From NCBI GenBank assembly GCA_009859145.1, contig VRVR01000005.1, positions 426,153 through 490,152 of the forward strand: a stretch of 64,000 nucleotides of DNA. Direction: 5' to 3'. The position numbers and the translations under genes are program-made. The notes beneath the pieces are model-generated. The model was given only the letters and a program-made list of their open reading frames with translations. It was not told the origin of the DNA and ran no database searches. The stretch is from Andalucia godoyi And28 (taxonomy: Eukaryota > Protista > Jakobida). Below are positions 1-9,055 of this stretch, piece by piece. Each line of letters starts with the position of its first letter. The stretch's first letter is position 1.

Positions 1-2
1 TC

Positions 3-531
3 GCCAAGCACTACGGAATCGAGAAGATCAAGACGATTTGGCGATGCGACTTTTGCCGTGTGTGGAGTTCCCGATGCAACGCACGACCACGCGGAGCGTC
101 TGGTGGAGTTCTCTCTTGCTGTTGTGGAGCTGATGCGGCGACTGAATGCCGACGGGCGACTCATCCCTGGAGAGGAAGTGCGGCTGCGCATCGGAAACCA
201 CACGGGCCCTGTTGTGTGCGGAATCATCGGCGAAACCAAGTTTTCGTTTGACCTGTGGTCGGACAGCGTCAACGTCGCCTCGCGAATGGAGTCCTCCGGC
301 GTGCCGGGCTCCGTCCATGTCAGCCGAGCCACCTATGAGGAGCTGTACGACCGGTTCGAGTTCGAGGACCGCGGCAAGATGGACATCAAAGGAAAGGGCC
401 AGATGCAGACGTACCTCGTTGGGGCTCGTCGCGTGCCCTCCAGACTTCCGCCCCCCGACTGGTCGCTTGTTCTGAACGGCTCCGCATCCTCCAGTGCGGC
501 CCGTCTCAAAGTCCAAACTATCGAAGAGTAA
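3..531 (+). CDS. Class III adenylyl cyclase catalytic domain, 5'-partial, with an apparent +1 frameshift at about nt 39
   Basis: The frame from nt 3 reads AKHYGIEKIKTI. After one extra T it continues GDATFAVCGVP...RIGNHTGPVVCGIIGETKFSFDLWSDSVNVASRMES, which are canonical nucleotide cyclase motifs. K in KIKTI and D in FDLW are the adenylyl-type specificity residues. Confidence 0.85.
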   Translation, partial: PSTTESRRSRRFGDATFAVCGVPDATHDHAERLVEFSLAVVELMRRLNADGRLIPGEEVRLRIGNHTGPVVCGIIGETKFSFDLWSDSVNVASRMESSGVPGSVHVSRATYEELYDRFEFEDRGKMDIKGKGQMQTYLVGARRVPSRLPPPDWSLVLNGSASSSAARLKVQTIEE

Positions 532-703
532 ACTCTGTAATTTCTAATTTACAGCATGTAATTCAGTCAAGCACATGATGATGGCACGATCGAAACGCGC
601 CGCCGAAGAAAACTTTCGTGTTTGCACCAACAGTTGCAGTGTTTTTTTTCCCCCGTGTCTATTTTATCAAACCAAATCGCGACGTTGCGTTGCACTCAAT
701 CCA

Positions 704-1816
704 TCAATGGGTCTTATTTCTGTCGTTCTCCCTTCTTGGGGATGTCTGTCGTTCCGGAATTCCTGCGACTGCGAGATTCGAGGACGAGCCCGCGGCTGCG
801 ATTGGAGTACTGCTCGAGTCGGACTTTGGGGAAGACACAGCTGCAGCAGCAGCATCTGACCCTTGTTCTGAAGACTCCGAGTACGCCATCAATTGCTTCC
901 ATTCTCCGCGGATGATTGCGAGCAGTGCAACTGATCCGGTGCAGGCCGGTACGAGATAGAGCAGCGCAGGTTGGGCAGCCTGAAACAAGTGCATCACCGC
1001 AATTGTCGTAGCAAGTCCAACAATGTAGAACAGAACGATTGTGTTGAAATATACGTGCTGTGATCCCAAAACACCAGCGGTCTTTCTGGAGGGCTGCAAG
1101 CGAGCATGATCGAATCGAAGCATCAGTGCACACAAGACTCCTGGAAGAACGATATCTCCCAGACCAAGCATGGAGAACCCGCCCGACGCTCGCGGAATCA
1201 CCAGCTTGATAGGAGCATCAAACTGCGTCGCAACGGACACCATGACTGGGGTTCCAAACACCCAAAAGACGTCATAGACAAACAAACCCCAGAGCAATAC
1301 GCATCCAATCCGGAATGACCCACAAGACATCAGCGCAATCGCAGAGACGGAAAACGCAAGCCCAAGGATATTATTCGCGATCCAATGTTTTGTGAATCCA
1401 TACCACACCACCACCATCAGTCCCGGGATCAGCGAGTAGACATCCTGCATGGAAAACTCAATGTCAATCCACGTCTTGTACTTGAACACAAACGCAGCGT
1501 TCACAGGAGACTGGAACGTCCTCGGCGACAGCTGGACCAAAAAAGGAAGAATGGTCTCGCGAAGCGCAAATGCGCCAAGAAACAAGAAATATCCAGAGAG
1601 GATCATATTCACGTATTCCTTTGGAAGGAACTTGAACGCAAGAAAGAGCCCAAACAACGCGCCAGATGCAATGAACGGGAACATTGTCGCATCACGATGG
1701 GACATAGCTGCTTGCGTCGATGGCGACTGCACCGAGCGGATCGATCCGTACACGATCGGAAGCACCGCAAGCGCTAAAATCGTCCCGTATGTCGGGAGCA
1801 TCGATTCCGCATCCAT
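704..1816 (-). CDS. HM13: Signal peptide peptidase (GxGD aspartyl intramembrane protease)
   Basis: Multi-TM ORF with YD (LFVYDVFW), GLGD and QPALLYLVP motifs. Confidence 0.93.
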   Translation of the reverse strand: MDAESMLPTYGTILALAVLPIVYGSIRSVQSPSTQAAMSHRDATMFPFIASGALFGLFLAFKFLPKEYVNMILSGYFLFLGAFALRETILPFLVQLSPRTFQSPVNAAFVFKYKTWIDIEFSMQDVYSLIPGLMVVVWYGFTKHWIANNILGLAFSVSAIALMSCGSFRIGCVLLWGLFVYDVFWVFGTPVMVSVATQFDAPIKLVIPRASGGFSMLGLGDIVLPGVLCALMLRFDHARLQPSRKTAGVLGSQHVYFNTIVLFYIVGLATTIAVMHLFQAAQPALLYLVPACTGSVALLAIIRGEWKQLMAYSESSEQGSDAAAAAVSSPKSDSSSTPIAAAGSSSNLAVAGIPERQTSPRRENDRNKTH

Positions 1817-2192
1817 GGATTTGCTTTGCAGGTCAAAAAGAAAAAAAACTCAAAAAAGAATATTAAGAATTAATTAATTAATTAACTAAAAAATATATTG
1901 CCAAAATACAACATAAAGCCTCTGTCAACAAAATGCAAAGAGAATGAAAAGCCAAAGGATGTATATGAGTGAGTGAAGGTCACACAGAAGGCCGAATATG
2001 ATGAAACACGTGGGCTCTTGCCAGTTCCTGCGCTGAACGGCAATTTAATATTTTTACAACAGAAATAAAATAAAAATAATAATAATAAAAAGATTTGGAA
2101 GAATTGGGCGAGTCCCGTACTCTGTCGACGGCTGTTGGGGAGAGTGTCCGCGACAGAGAGTCCATCGCAAAACGACAGGCTGGAAACAACAG

Positions 2193-4949
2193 CTATGATA
2201 TGTGGTGCCAGAGCGACGTGACAGAGAGAGAAGCAGTCAGTTCGGCGATGGATATTGGGGAGTCTGCGTAGAACGTCAAGCTGGTGAGCGTGTTTGGCAG
2301 AACGGTCGGCAACACGTTGTCCGAGAGCCATCCGGGAATGGCTGCGTGAGAGAGCGTAGCCCACATCGCCACGCCGCCGTGCGCATTGGATACATGCAGG
2401 GTGAAGGTCTGGGGAGACAGCTGTGCGGCGACGACGACGGACAGGTTTGGGGCTCGGAGATCTCCAGATGCAATAATTTCTTTAGGTGCTGCAAACAGTT
2501 GAACGTTCGAGCTCAGAACATTGTGACTGGAGTGATCCACCAGCTCCACTTGCGCAAAACATGATGCCTTTTGAGAACATTTTAGCAACCGTAGCGCCTG
2601 GTCCAAATCCTGCTTCCACACCAAGACGGAAGACAGCGGGTCAACGGATACGATGGAAGAGTTTATGGAGCCCAGGAGCTCGCCGTTCCAGTCAAAGGCA
2701 AGGATCGTCGCATACACCTGACCCAGAGCAATGGTTTGGTCGTTCAAGACCCACACTTCAAAATCGGCGCTGAACAGCTGGGCGGTGGCGGCATCTTCCT
2801 TGCCGTCGGACGGACTACTCAGCACGGCCTTGACGACGACAGGAGACACCAACACAGGAGCGTAAAACCGTCGTGCAAAGTAATGGCCCAGCTTCCATGC
2901 ATTTCCATATTCTAAACTCGACCACGAAGGCGCCTGCCAATTGTTGTTGAGCTGCCAATACAGAGTTCCTGCAGTTGACGCGTCTGTTCCGCGCAGCCTC
3001 CTATAGTGCTCCGACTCGGAGCGCATGCACACTCCTTGAAGCAGTTGGCCCAGCCACACAAATGACGAAAATGACGTCTCATTCTGCTGGTACGGAAACA
3101 GAATGGATATTGCCGTGACGAGCTGTGCATTTCCAGACGGATGATGCTGACGATGGTCCATCAGTGGAGAAAACGTGAATAAATCGCTGGGAATCGACAC
3201 GGAGGACCACGACTGCATCGACGGATACGACTGAAAGCCAAACTCGGAGGCAAACCGCGGCTTTGGGAAAATGGTAACATCCGTGCAATCTGTTTCGTAG
3301 GTGTAAAAATGGACGTCGCCTTCCGATGCAGAATTTCCGTCCCCATAGGATAGTACTACCCACCCTTCTTCAGGCTTGTTAACCAAGTATCCGTTCGACG
3401 GAGATGAAGGCCAAAACGGACGCGTATGATCCAGATTAAACACAGTGATCGGAAGGGTGTCTGCATACAGAACATTGTAATCCGTTGCGTAGAGTTTTGA
3501 GTTCAGCTGTGCTGCAACCGTCCAGTCGAGAGTCAGCTGGTTCTCATTGTTTCCTCCATAGACAACTATCGACGGATGGCGAGCCAAACGAAACACTTGG
3601 TCAGAAATTTCACGCTGGACAGAGGCTAGAAATGCCGGATCCCGTGGAACGAGGGCACACGCAAACTTGAATTCCTCCCACACCATCAGCCCCTTCTCGT
3701 CTGCTGCATCGTAAAAGCAATCATCCTCAAATATTCCTCCGCCCCAGACGCGAATCATATTCATGTTTGCATTGACTGCAGCATCCAGAATCGCATTCAA
3801 GAACGTCGCATTGATGCGCGAAGGAGACTGAAATGCGTCCGCGGGGACGTAGTTGGCACCTTTCGCAAAAATACGGACATTGTTGATCACAAACCCAAAA
3901 AGCGATCCGCTGTCGCGTGCTTTTGAGGTATCCAAGACCGTAAGCCGGAAGCCAGTCCTTTTTGTGACCGTGTCGAACACATCGCTCGAAGAGGGAGAAG
4001 AAAGAGAAATCGTGACATCGTGCAATGCAGGACTCCCGAACCCAACGGGCCACCAAAGCGCAACGGGCCCCGTGACAAGCAGAAATGCGTCTGCAACAAT
4101 CTCGTTTCCGCTGACAATTGCCGAAACAGTCGACGTGTTTGTTTTTCCAAGACACGAAACGGACAGTTGCAGGGCATTATCGTGAGAAAACCCATCCGGT
4201 ATGTCCATCACAACGCGTACATACACGATCCAATCGCACAAGGAGTGCGGATTAGTGGGATAAGAGTACACCATTGACCGCTGAATCCTTGGAGTCGAGT
4301 AGAAGATCAGTTTGATGGGGCGGTAGATGCCGACGGCGGCAAAACCCGGACCCCAGTCCCAACCAAATGACGCTTGCGAAGTTCGCACATATTGCCTGTT
4401 TGGAAATCCGTGTGTGGTAATGTACTCTGGATTCAACGGCACATCGTACGGATAGGCTGCTTGCTGCATCGCAGCATACGTGACCGTGGACTCGAACAGC
4501 AGCACCAGGTTGTTGTTCTCTGCAGAGAGGATACTCCGAGGGATCGAAATATAGTGTTCATGAAACATGTTGCTCACCTCGGCTACAAGCTCCCCGTTCA
4601 AGAATACTCGAGCAACGGTCTGAATGCCCTTCATCACAAGTTGCGCAGACGTGCCAGGGACCAGCAGCGATTTGTCGATCGAAAACGACCGTTTGTAGGT
4701 CCACGAATCGAGGGATATCCACTGCTGCAAATCGTCATTGAATCGGAAGTACGGATCTCCAATCACACCTGCAGCGAGCAAATCCGTGTGAACCACGCCC
4801 GGAACCGTCGCCGGGACTTGCACGGATCCATTCGAACTCGTGACCGTCCACGATGACCCACCAAGATCCAGTTCCACTGTAGACGCCCGGCACCGCACAG
4901 CGCAGATCCACGCTAGAATCGCCCCCAAAAAAAGACAGCTGGATTTCAT
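2193..4949 (-). CDS. MANBA: Beta-mannosidase, glycoside hydrolase family 2, with signal peptide
   Basis: ATG at 4949 (MKSSCLFLGAIL). Motifs FGWDWGP, RVWGGG, GNNEN (acid/base), SEFG (nucleophile) and LYWQLNN. Confidence 0.92.
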   Translation of the reverse strand: MKSSCLFLGAILAWICAVRCRASTVELDLGGSSWTVTSSNGSVQVPATVPGVVHTDLLAAGVIGDPYFRFNDDLQQWISLDSWTYKRSFSIDKSLLVPGTSAQLVMKGIQTVARVFLNGELVAEVSNMFHEHYISIPRSILSAENNNLVLLFESTVTYAAMQQAAYPYDVPLNPEYITTHGFPNRQYVRTSQASFGWDWGPGFAAVGIYRPIKLIFYSTPRIQRSMVYSYPTNPHSLCDWIVYVRVVMDIPDGFSHDNALQLSVSCLGKTNTSTVSAIVSGNEIVADAFLLVTGPVALWWPVGFGSPALHDVTISLSSPSSSDVFDTVTKRTGFRLTVLDTSKARDSGSLFGFVINNVRIFAKGANYVPADAFQSPSRINATFLNAILDAAVNANMNMIRVWGGGIFEDDCFYDAADEKGLMVWEEFKFACALVPRDPAFLASVQREISDQVFRLARHPSIVVYGGNNENQLTLDWTVAAQLNSKLYATDYNVLYADTLPITVFNLDHTRPFWPSSPSNGYLVNKPEEGWVVLSYGDGNSASEGDVHFYTYETDCTDVTIFPKPRFASEFGFQSYPSMQSWSSVSIPSDLFTFSPLMDHRQHHPSGNAQLVTAISILFPYQQNETSFSSFVWLGQLLQGVCMRSESEHYRRLRGTDASTAGTLYWQLNNNWQAPSWSSLEYGNAWKLGHYFARRFYAPVLVSPVVVKAVLSSPSDGKEDAATAQLFSADFEVWVLNDQTIALGQVYATILAFDWNGELLGSINSSIVSVDPLSSVLVWKQDLDQALRLLKCSQKASCFAQVELVDHSSHNVLSSNVQLFAAPKEIIASGDLRAPNLSVVVAAQLSPQTFTLHVSNAHGGVAMWATLSHAAIPGWLSDNVLPTVLPNTLTSLTFYADSPISIAELTASLSVTSLWHHIS

Positions 4950-5912
4950 TCTCAGTCTCAAGTTGTGAACTTGCGACTCTGATGGTTCTTTGCAAGCGTT
5001 CTATAACCAGAAGAAGCCACGCCAAAATGCACGGAGCGGTGCGGGACATTTATTGAAAGCAACAGCAACAAAAACCAGTCTGCGTTTTTGGGGGGAACGG
5101 GAAAAAATGCCCGCCAGGACGCCATCTAGGAGCAAGTCTCAAGTCTCAAGTCTCAAGGCCTTTACTCCCGCCATTTGAGCAAGTGTGGCTACTGTTGGAG
5201 TGAGGATCCTTGTACTATGTTAATTGTATATGTGAAAAAAGGTTTATTGGGTCTTCTGGCTAAGCTGTCACCGAAGACAGATCCAAGCCACATGTTTTGT
5301 TTTGCTTCTTTTCATTGGGGGCGAGCACCAACTCTTCAATGCAGTCAAAGGGTTATCGCAACCAACATATTCTCCCCCATTGATTCACTATTCAAAATCG
5401 TACAATGCAGGAAACAGAATGTAGTCGGCGGCGCTGCACATTGCGCCAACGACGCTTTGTCTTTGTTCCTTCTTGTTCTCTGGCTTGAAAGCGCATGCCG
5501 AACGCAGTCGATCACATCTTCGTGATTTGAGGATCATCAGCTAGCTCAGCAAGTTCCGACGAGAGGGGATTAACGGGTTTCTTGGTACTCGGCATCGTCG
5601 GGCACGGCCAGTTTCAGTTTGTCGGGAAGATCCCTCTTTGAAGCCATGAAATGCATTGTCTCTGATGAAAGATGCGGCTTGAGGGCCTCCCGTTATGAAA
5701 GACACAAACAAACAGAAAGTAATTGAAACAGAGCAAAGTGAAAGAAGTGAAAGAAATTCTAGACTTCACTACGGTAGGAACATCGCGTCCCCCGCAGGTT
5801 CAGGAGTAAAAAAGCTTCCGGTATGATGTTGTTTGTCTAATGTTAATGTTGATACGCAAGCCGGTCAACCGTGTTCGTCTGAGTGTACTATCAAGAAGTA
5901 GCGAGGTTTTGC

Positions 5913-6728
5913 ATGTCTTCTGCTATCTTTGGTCTTTCTGCAGCGGTATGTCTCACTTTGCTATTTGGAAGCTCTTTAAACGTGGACGGGGAAAAACCAA
6001 CAAACAAGCCAACCAAACAGACAAATCAATCGCGAAGGAAAGGCAATGGACTAACAGTCTCGTTTGATGGTTATATACTTTTTTATTTTATTGTGTTTGG
6101 TTTTGTTAGAGTCGATGCATTGCGCCGTTGCATGGTGAGACATCTGGCAACCGATTCATAACTGCGACGACCAGTCCGACTGCGACTCCGAATGAAGTGT
6201 ATGTGCTGAATTTCAATGAAGAGTCCAACAAGGTGAGCTGTGAGCACGTCTGGAACCACGACACGGAAATATGGAAGATTATGCCACACTTGCAAGTTCC
6301 GTCGCTGATGCTGGTGATTTCCAACGATCCGTCAAGTGTAGGAAAAGCGACGACGTTTACTGCTTCCTTGTATGACGCGCCTATGCTGCGCAACTTGGAT
6401 GTGCTTGAAGCTGGATCCGGACTTCCGCGCGCGGACTCGGACGATGATGCTCTCCTCAAGGTTTGTGACTTGCCTGACCACTCTGGGAGAGTGCTCGACA
6501 TTATGTGGGATCCGCTCGGAATTTCGTCACAGATTGTTACTGTGGATGACGGAGCAGTGTATGCATGGGGTATCGACTCGGGCGGAACGATCAAGCCCAA
6601 GAAGAAGAGACAGTTTGACGCGTATCGGTCTCTGTTCGCTGTCGATTGGGACCATCACGTTGCCGATCATCTCATGGTTGGTGCGACTTCAGCAGCGTTG
6701 GGTTATGATCTTCGAAGCGATTCGTATG

Positions 6729-6761
<33 letters not shown>

Positions 6762-7459
6762 CCTCATCTCTCTAGCAGAATTCCATATTCCGTCTGTCTA
6801 ACGCCTGGTGTGATTTTTGATGACTTTTCCCACCCGCCTCGTGCATCTTCCTCCTTCTTTCCCTTCCTTTTCTGTAATATTTATATATTTTTTCCTGGCT
6901 GGGTATTGTTCGCGGCTTTACTACTTCTACTACTATTACTACTTTGTACAGAATCACATGCACGCTGGAGCATGCGCATGACGGTCCGGTAAGGCAGGTT
7001 AAATTTAATCCAAACAGACGTTATTTTGTTGCAACGGGGGCCGACGACGGTGCAGTGAACCTTTGGGACACGCGCAACTCGTCGAAGCCTTTCCTCACTT
7101 GCAACTCGCATTCCCACTGGCTCACAGCAATGGCATTCAATCCATTCCACGATCAGTTGCTGCTAACGGCAAGCACCGATGCATTCGTCAATCTGTGGAG
7201 GCTGCCGTCTGTGTCGTCGGAGGTGGAGAAGACCGAGGAAGAAGCAGCGGCAGCAGCGACGCCGTCCAAAAATTCCAAGAAGAAGCAGCAGGCTCCGGCC
7301 AAGGATGCATTGCTTCGAAAAATTGAAGAGCATGAAAATGCGGTATCCAGCGTCGCGTGGAGCGCGCATTCGCCATGGGTGTTCGTCTCGCTATCGATCG
7401 ATGGTCGTGTCCTGTTCCACAACCTTCCACAAGAAGAGAAATACCGCATTCTTTTGTGA
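5913..7459 (+). CDS. EIPR1: EIPR1/TSSC1 WD40 protein; exons 5913-5945, 6110-6723, 6952-7459 (384 aa)
   Basis: The spliced reading MSSAIFGLSAA|SRCIAPLHGE...NRFITAT...VYVLNFNEE and ...YDLRSDS|ITCTLEHAHDGPVRQVKFNPNRRYFVATGADDGAVNLWDTR follows the TSSC1 pattern. Both introns are GT-AG and phases are consistent (total 1155 nt). Confidence 0.88.
5946..6109 (+). other. Spliceosomal intron 1 of EIPR1 (phase 0)
   Basis: GTATGT donor, ACTAAC branch-like motif near 6049, T-rich tract, TTAG acceptor. Removal joins two homologous protein segments in frame. Confidence 0.85.
6724..6951 (+). other. Spliceosomal intron 2 of EIPR1 (phase 2), containing a (CT)n microsatellite
   Basis: GTATGC donor and ACAG acceptor. 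It links ORFs 6128..6775 and 6944..7459 in frame. Confidence 0.88.
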
Positions 7460-7596
7460 TTAAACTTGAAAAAACAAAAAGCAAAATAACAAATAAACAA
7501 AGAAGTATCTTGCAAAAGCAACGACGACAGCCGCCGTCACTCACCGAAGAACCCTTCAACATTTTGGGCCCGAATATTGCACATACTATACATTGG

Positions 7597-8466
7597 TCAG
7601 TCAACGTGGTCGGAAAACACAAGTCCCGAGACAGGGTCGCCGCGAGACCGCCGTTTGTTTACCGGAAGCCTGCTCCCGGGAGGCGCAGCTCGTTTCGGAA
7701 CCGCAGATTTCGCTGAAGTGGCACTATCGACAGGGACGTCCATAGCCAGCATGACCGCAGATGGCTTCGCAATTCGATGTCTCCTGTTCTTCTCAAATCG
7801 AATCGCATCCTCCTCTTCGTCATTGCCTTCTGTAGCAAAGCGACTTCCAGAAAACGACGAGGCTCCTCGCACGTGAAACGCTTTTCCAATGCTTCCAAAC
7901 TCCAAATCTTCCATAATTTCATCTACTTCTTCAGCTGGAACATTCGGCGTTGTTTTGGTCTGCGCACTGCTTGGTCCGGAATGGCCTCTTGGAACACTGT
8001 GGCGACCAGGGCCAGTCCCGTGGCTATTATTATTGACATTATGGTTCCTCGCATTGCTTTGGTGAGGTGCCAAGGCGGGGGGATCCTGTAAGCCAAAAGC
8101 TGGGAACTTGGCTCTTGGGTTCGAGAGCTCGGCAATTTCGACCTCATCTTCAATTACGTCCTCGTCGCACCGCCCCTTCATCGATGAGTTGGACGAAAAA
8201 TTCGGGTGTCCCTTCATATTCGCCAAGGAGCTGATCGGAGGGGACTGTTTGGAGGCCGGTTGTTTCGAAGTCGGCACCAATTGTGCTTGAATTTGGGATG
8301 CATATGTGGGCCTTTGCGTTGCTGGAAGACTGGCTGTTGCAGTCGTGTTGGGGAGTCGAGGACTTGGATGCAAGGCGACCGGAGTTTGCTTGACAGCCAC
8401 CGAAGGCGGACTCGACGACAGATGAGTCTTTTGCCCTCTTGCAGACTGCGAGGGACCTTTCGACAT
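7597..8466 (-). CDS. Hypothetical low-complexity, probably disordered protein
   Basis: Open frame from ATG 8466 (MSKGPSQS) with Ser/Pro/Asn-rich and acidic stretches. No recognisable domain. Confidence 0.55.
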   Translation of the reverse strand: MSKGPSQSARGQKTHLSSSPPSVAVKQTPVALHPSPRLPNTTATASLPATQRPTYASQIQAQLVPTSKQPASKQSPPISSLANMKGHPNFSSNSSMKGRCDEDVIEDEVEIAELSNPRAKFPAFGLQDPPALAPHQSNARNHNVNNNSHGTGPGRHSVPRGHSGPSSAQTKTTPNVPAEEVDEIMEDLEFGSIGKAFHVRGASSFSGSRFATEGNDEEEDAIRFEKNRRHRIAKPSAVMLAMDVPVDSATSAKSAVPKRAAPPGSRLPVNKRRSRGDPVSGLVFSDHVD

Positions 8467-9055
8467 TTCTATCAGTAATTGGCTCAGAAAACAGAACTCT
8501 CCCCTCCCAAATCCAAAATTGGCCAATAAGAAGAAAGGGGAAGGGAAAAACATGGAAAAAACAATCCAAAGTGGAGCGCTCCGTTCGATATAACGAGACC
8601 TTTTTAGAGCACTCTCTTAATCAAAGGCAAAGAAATCAGAGTGAAACGGTCGTGAAATGTCCGGCAGAACCAGCCATCCTCTCATGCACATCCTCTACAG
8701 TCCTCACAATCCATCTTTCACGGACGTCCTATGCCAGAACCTCAAGTCGTTTGCACTAGGAGTACCCGGTGGATTCCGACACAAGGACGGCGTGTCGCTG
8801 GATTCGCAAGCATGTTGATGCGCATCGTCTTTGGATGCTTGTGGAACCGAAATAAAGATAATACAAGGTCATTTCAACAGCGGAGTCGCATCGTCAGTGC
8901 CGGAGAGGAGAGGCGCGGGAGGGGAGGGGACGTCGTAAAGATCAGGATGGATGCAGCAATGCAATGGAAAAAAGAGTACTACAAATATTTACAAGCGCCG
9001 GCGCAATCGCAGGCGATCGGAACGAAGAGGGGGAAAAAACCGGTGAGTAGCTCGG

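Noticed and set aside
7530-7600. Possible TGA read-through (selenocysteine or recoding) at the end of the 7597..8466 ORF
   Set aside because: Only about 20 further codons, no homology support and no SECIS seen. The region abuts the convergent EIPR1 3' end.
8600-8870. Further TnpB-like remnant between the hypothetical gene and ABCG
   Set aside because: Only a vague VLVSESTGYS resemblance, without the zinc ribbon or DRDxN motifs.
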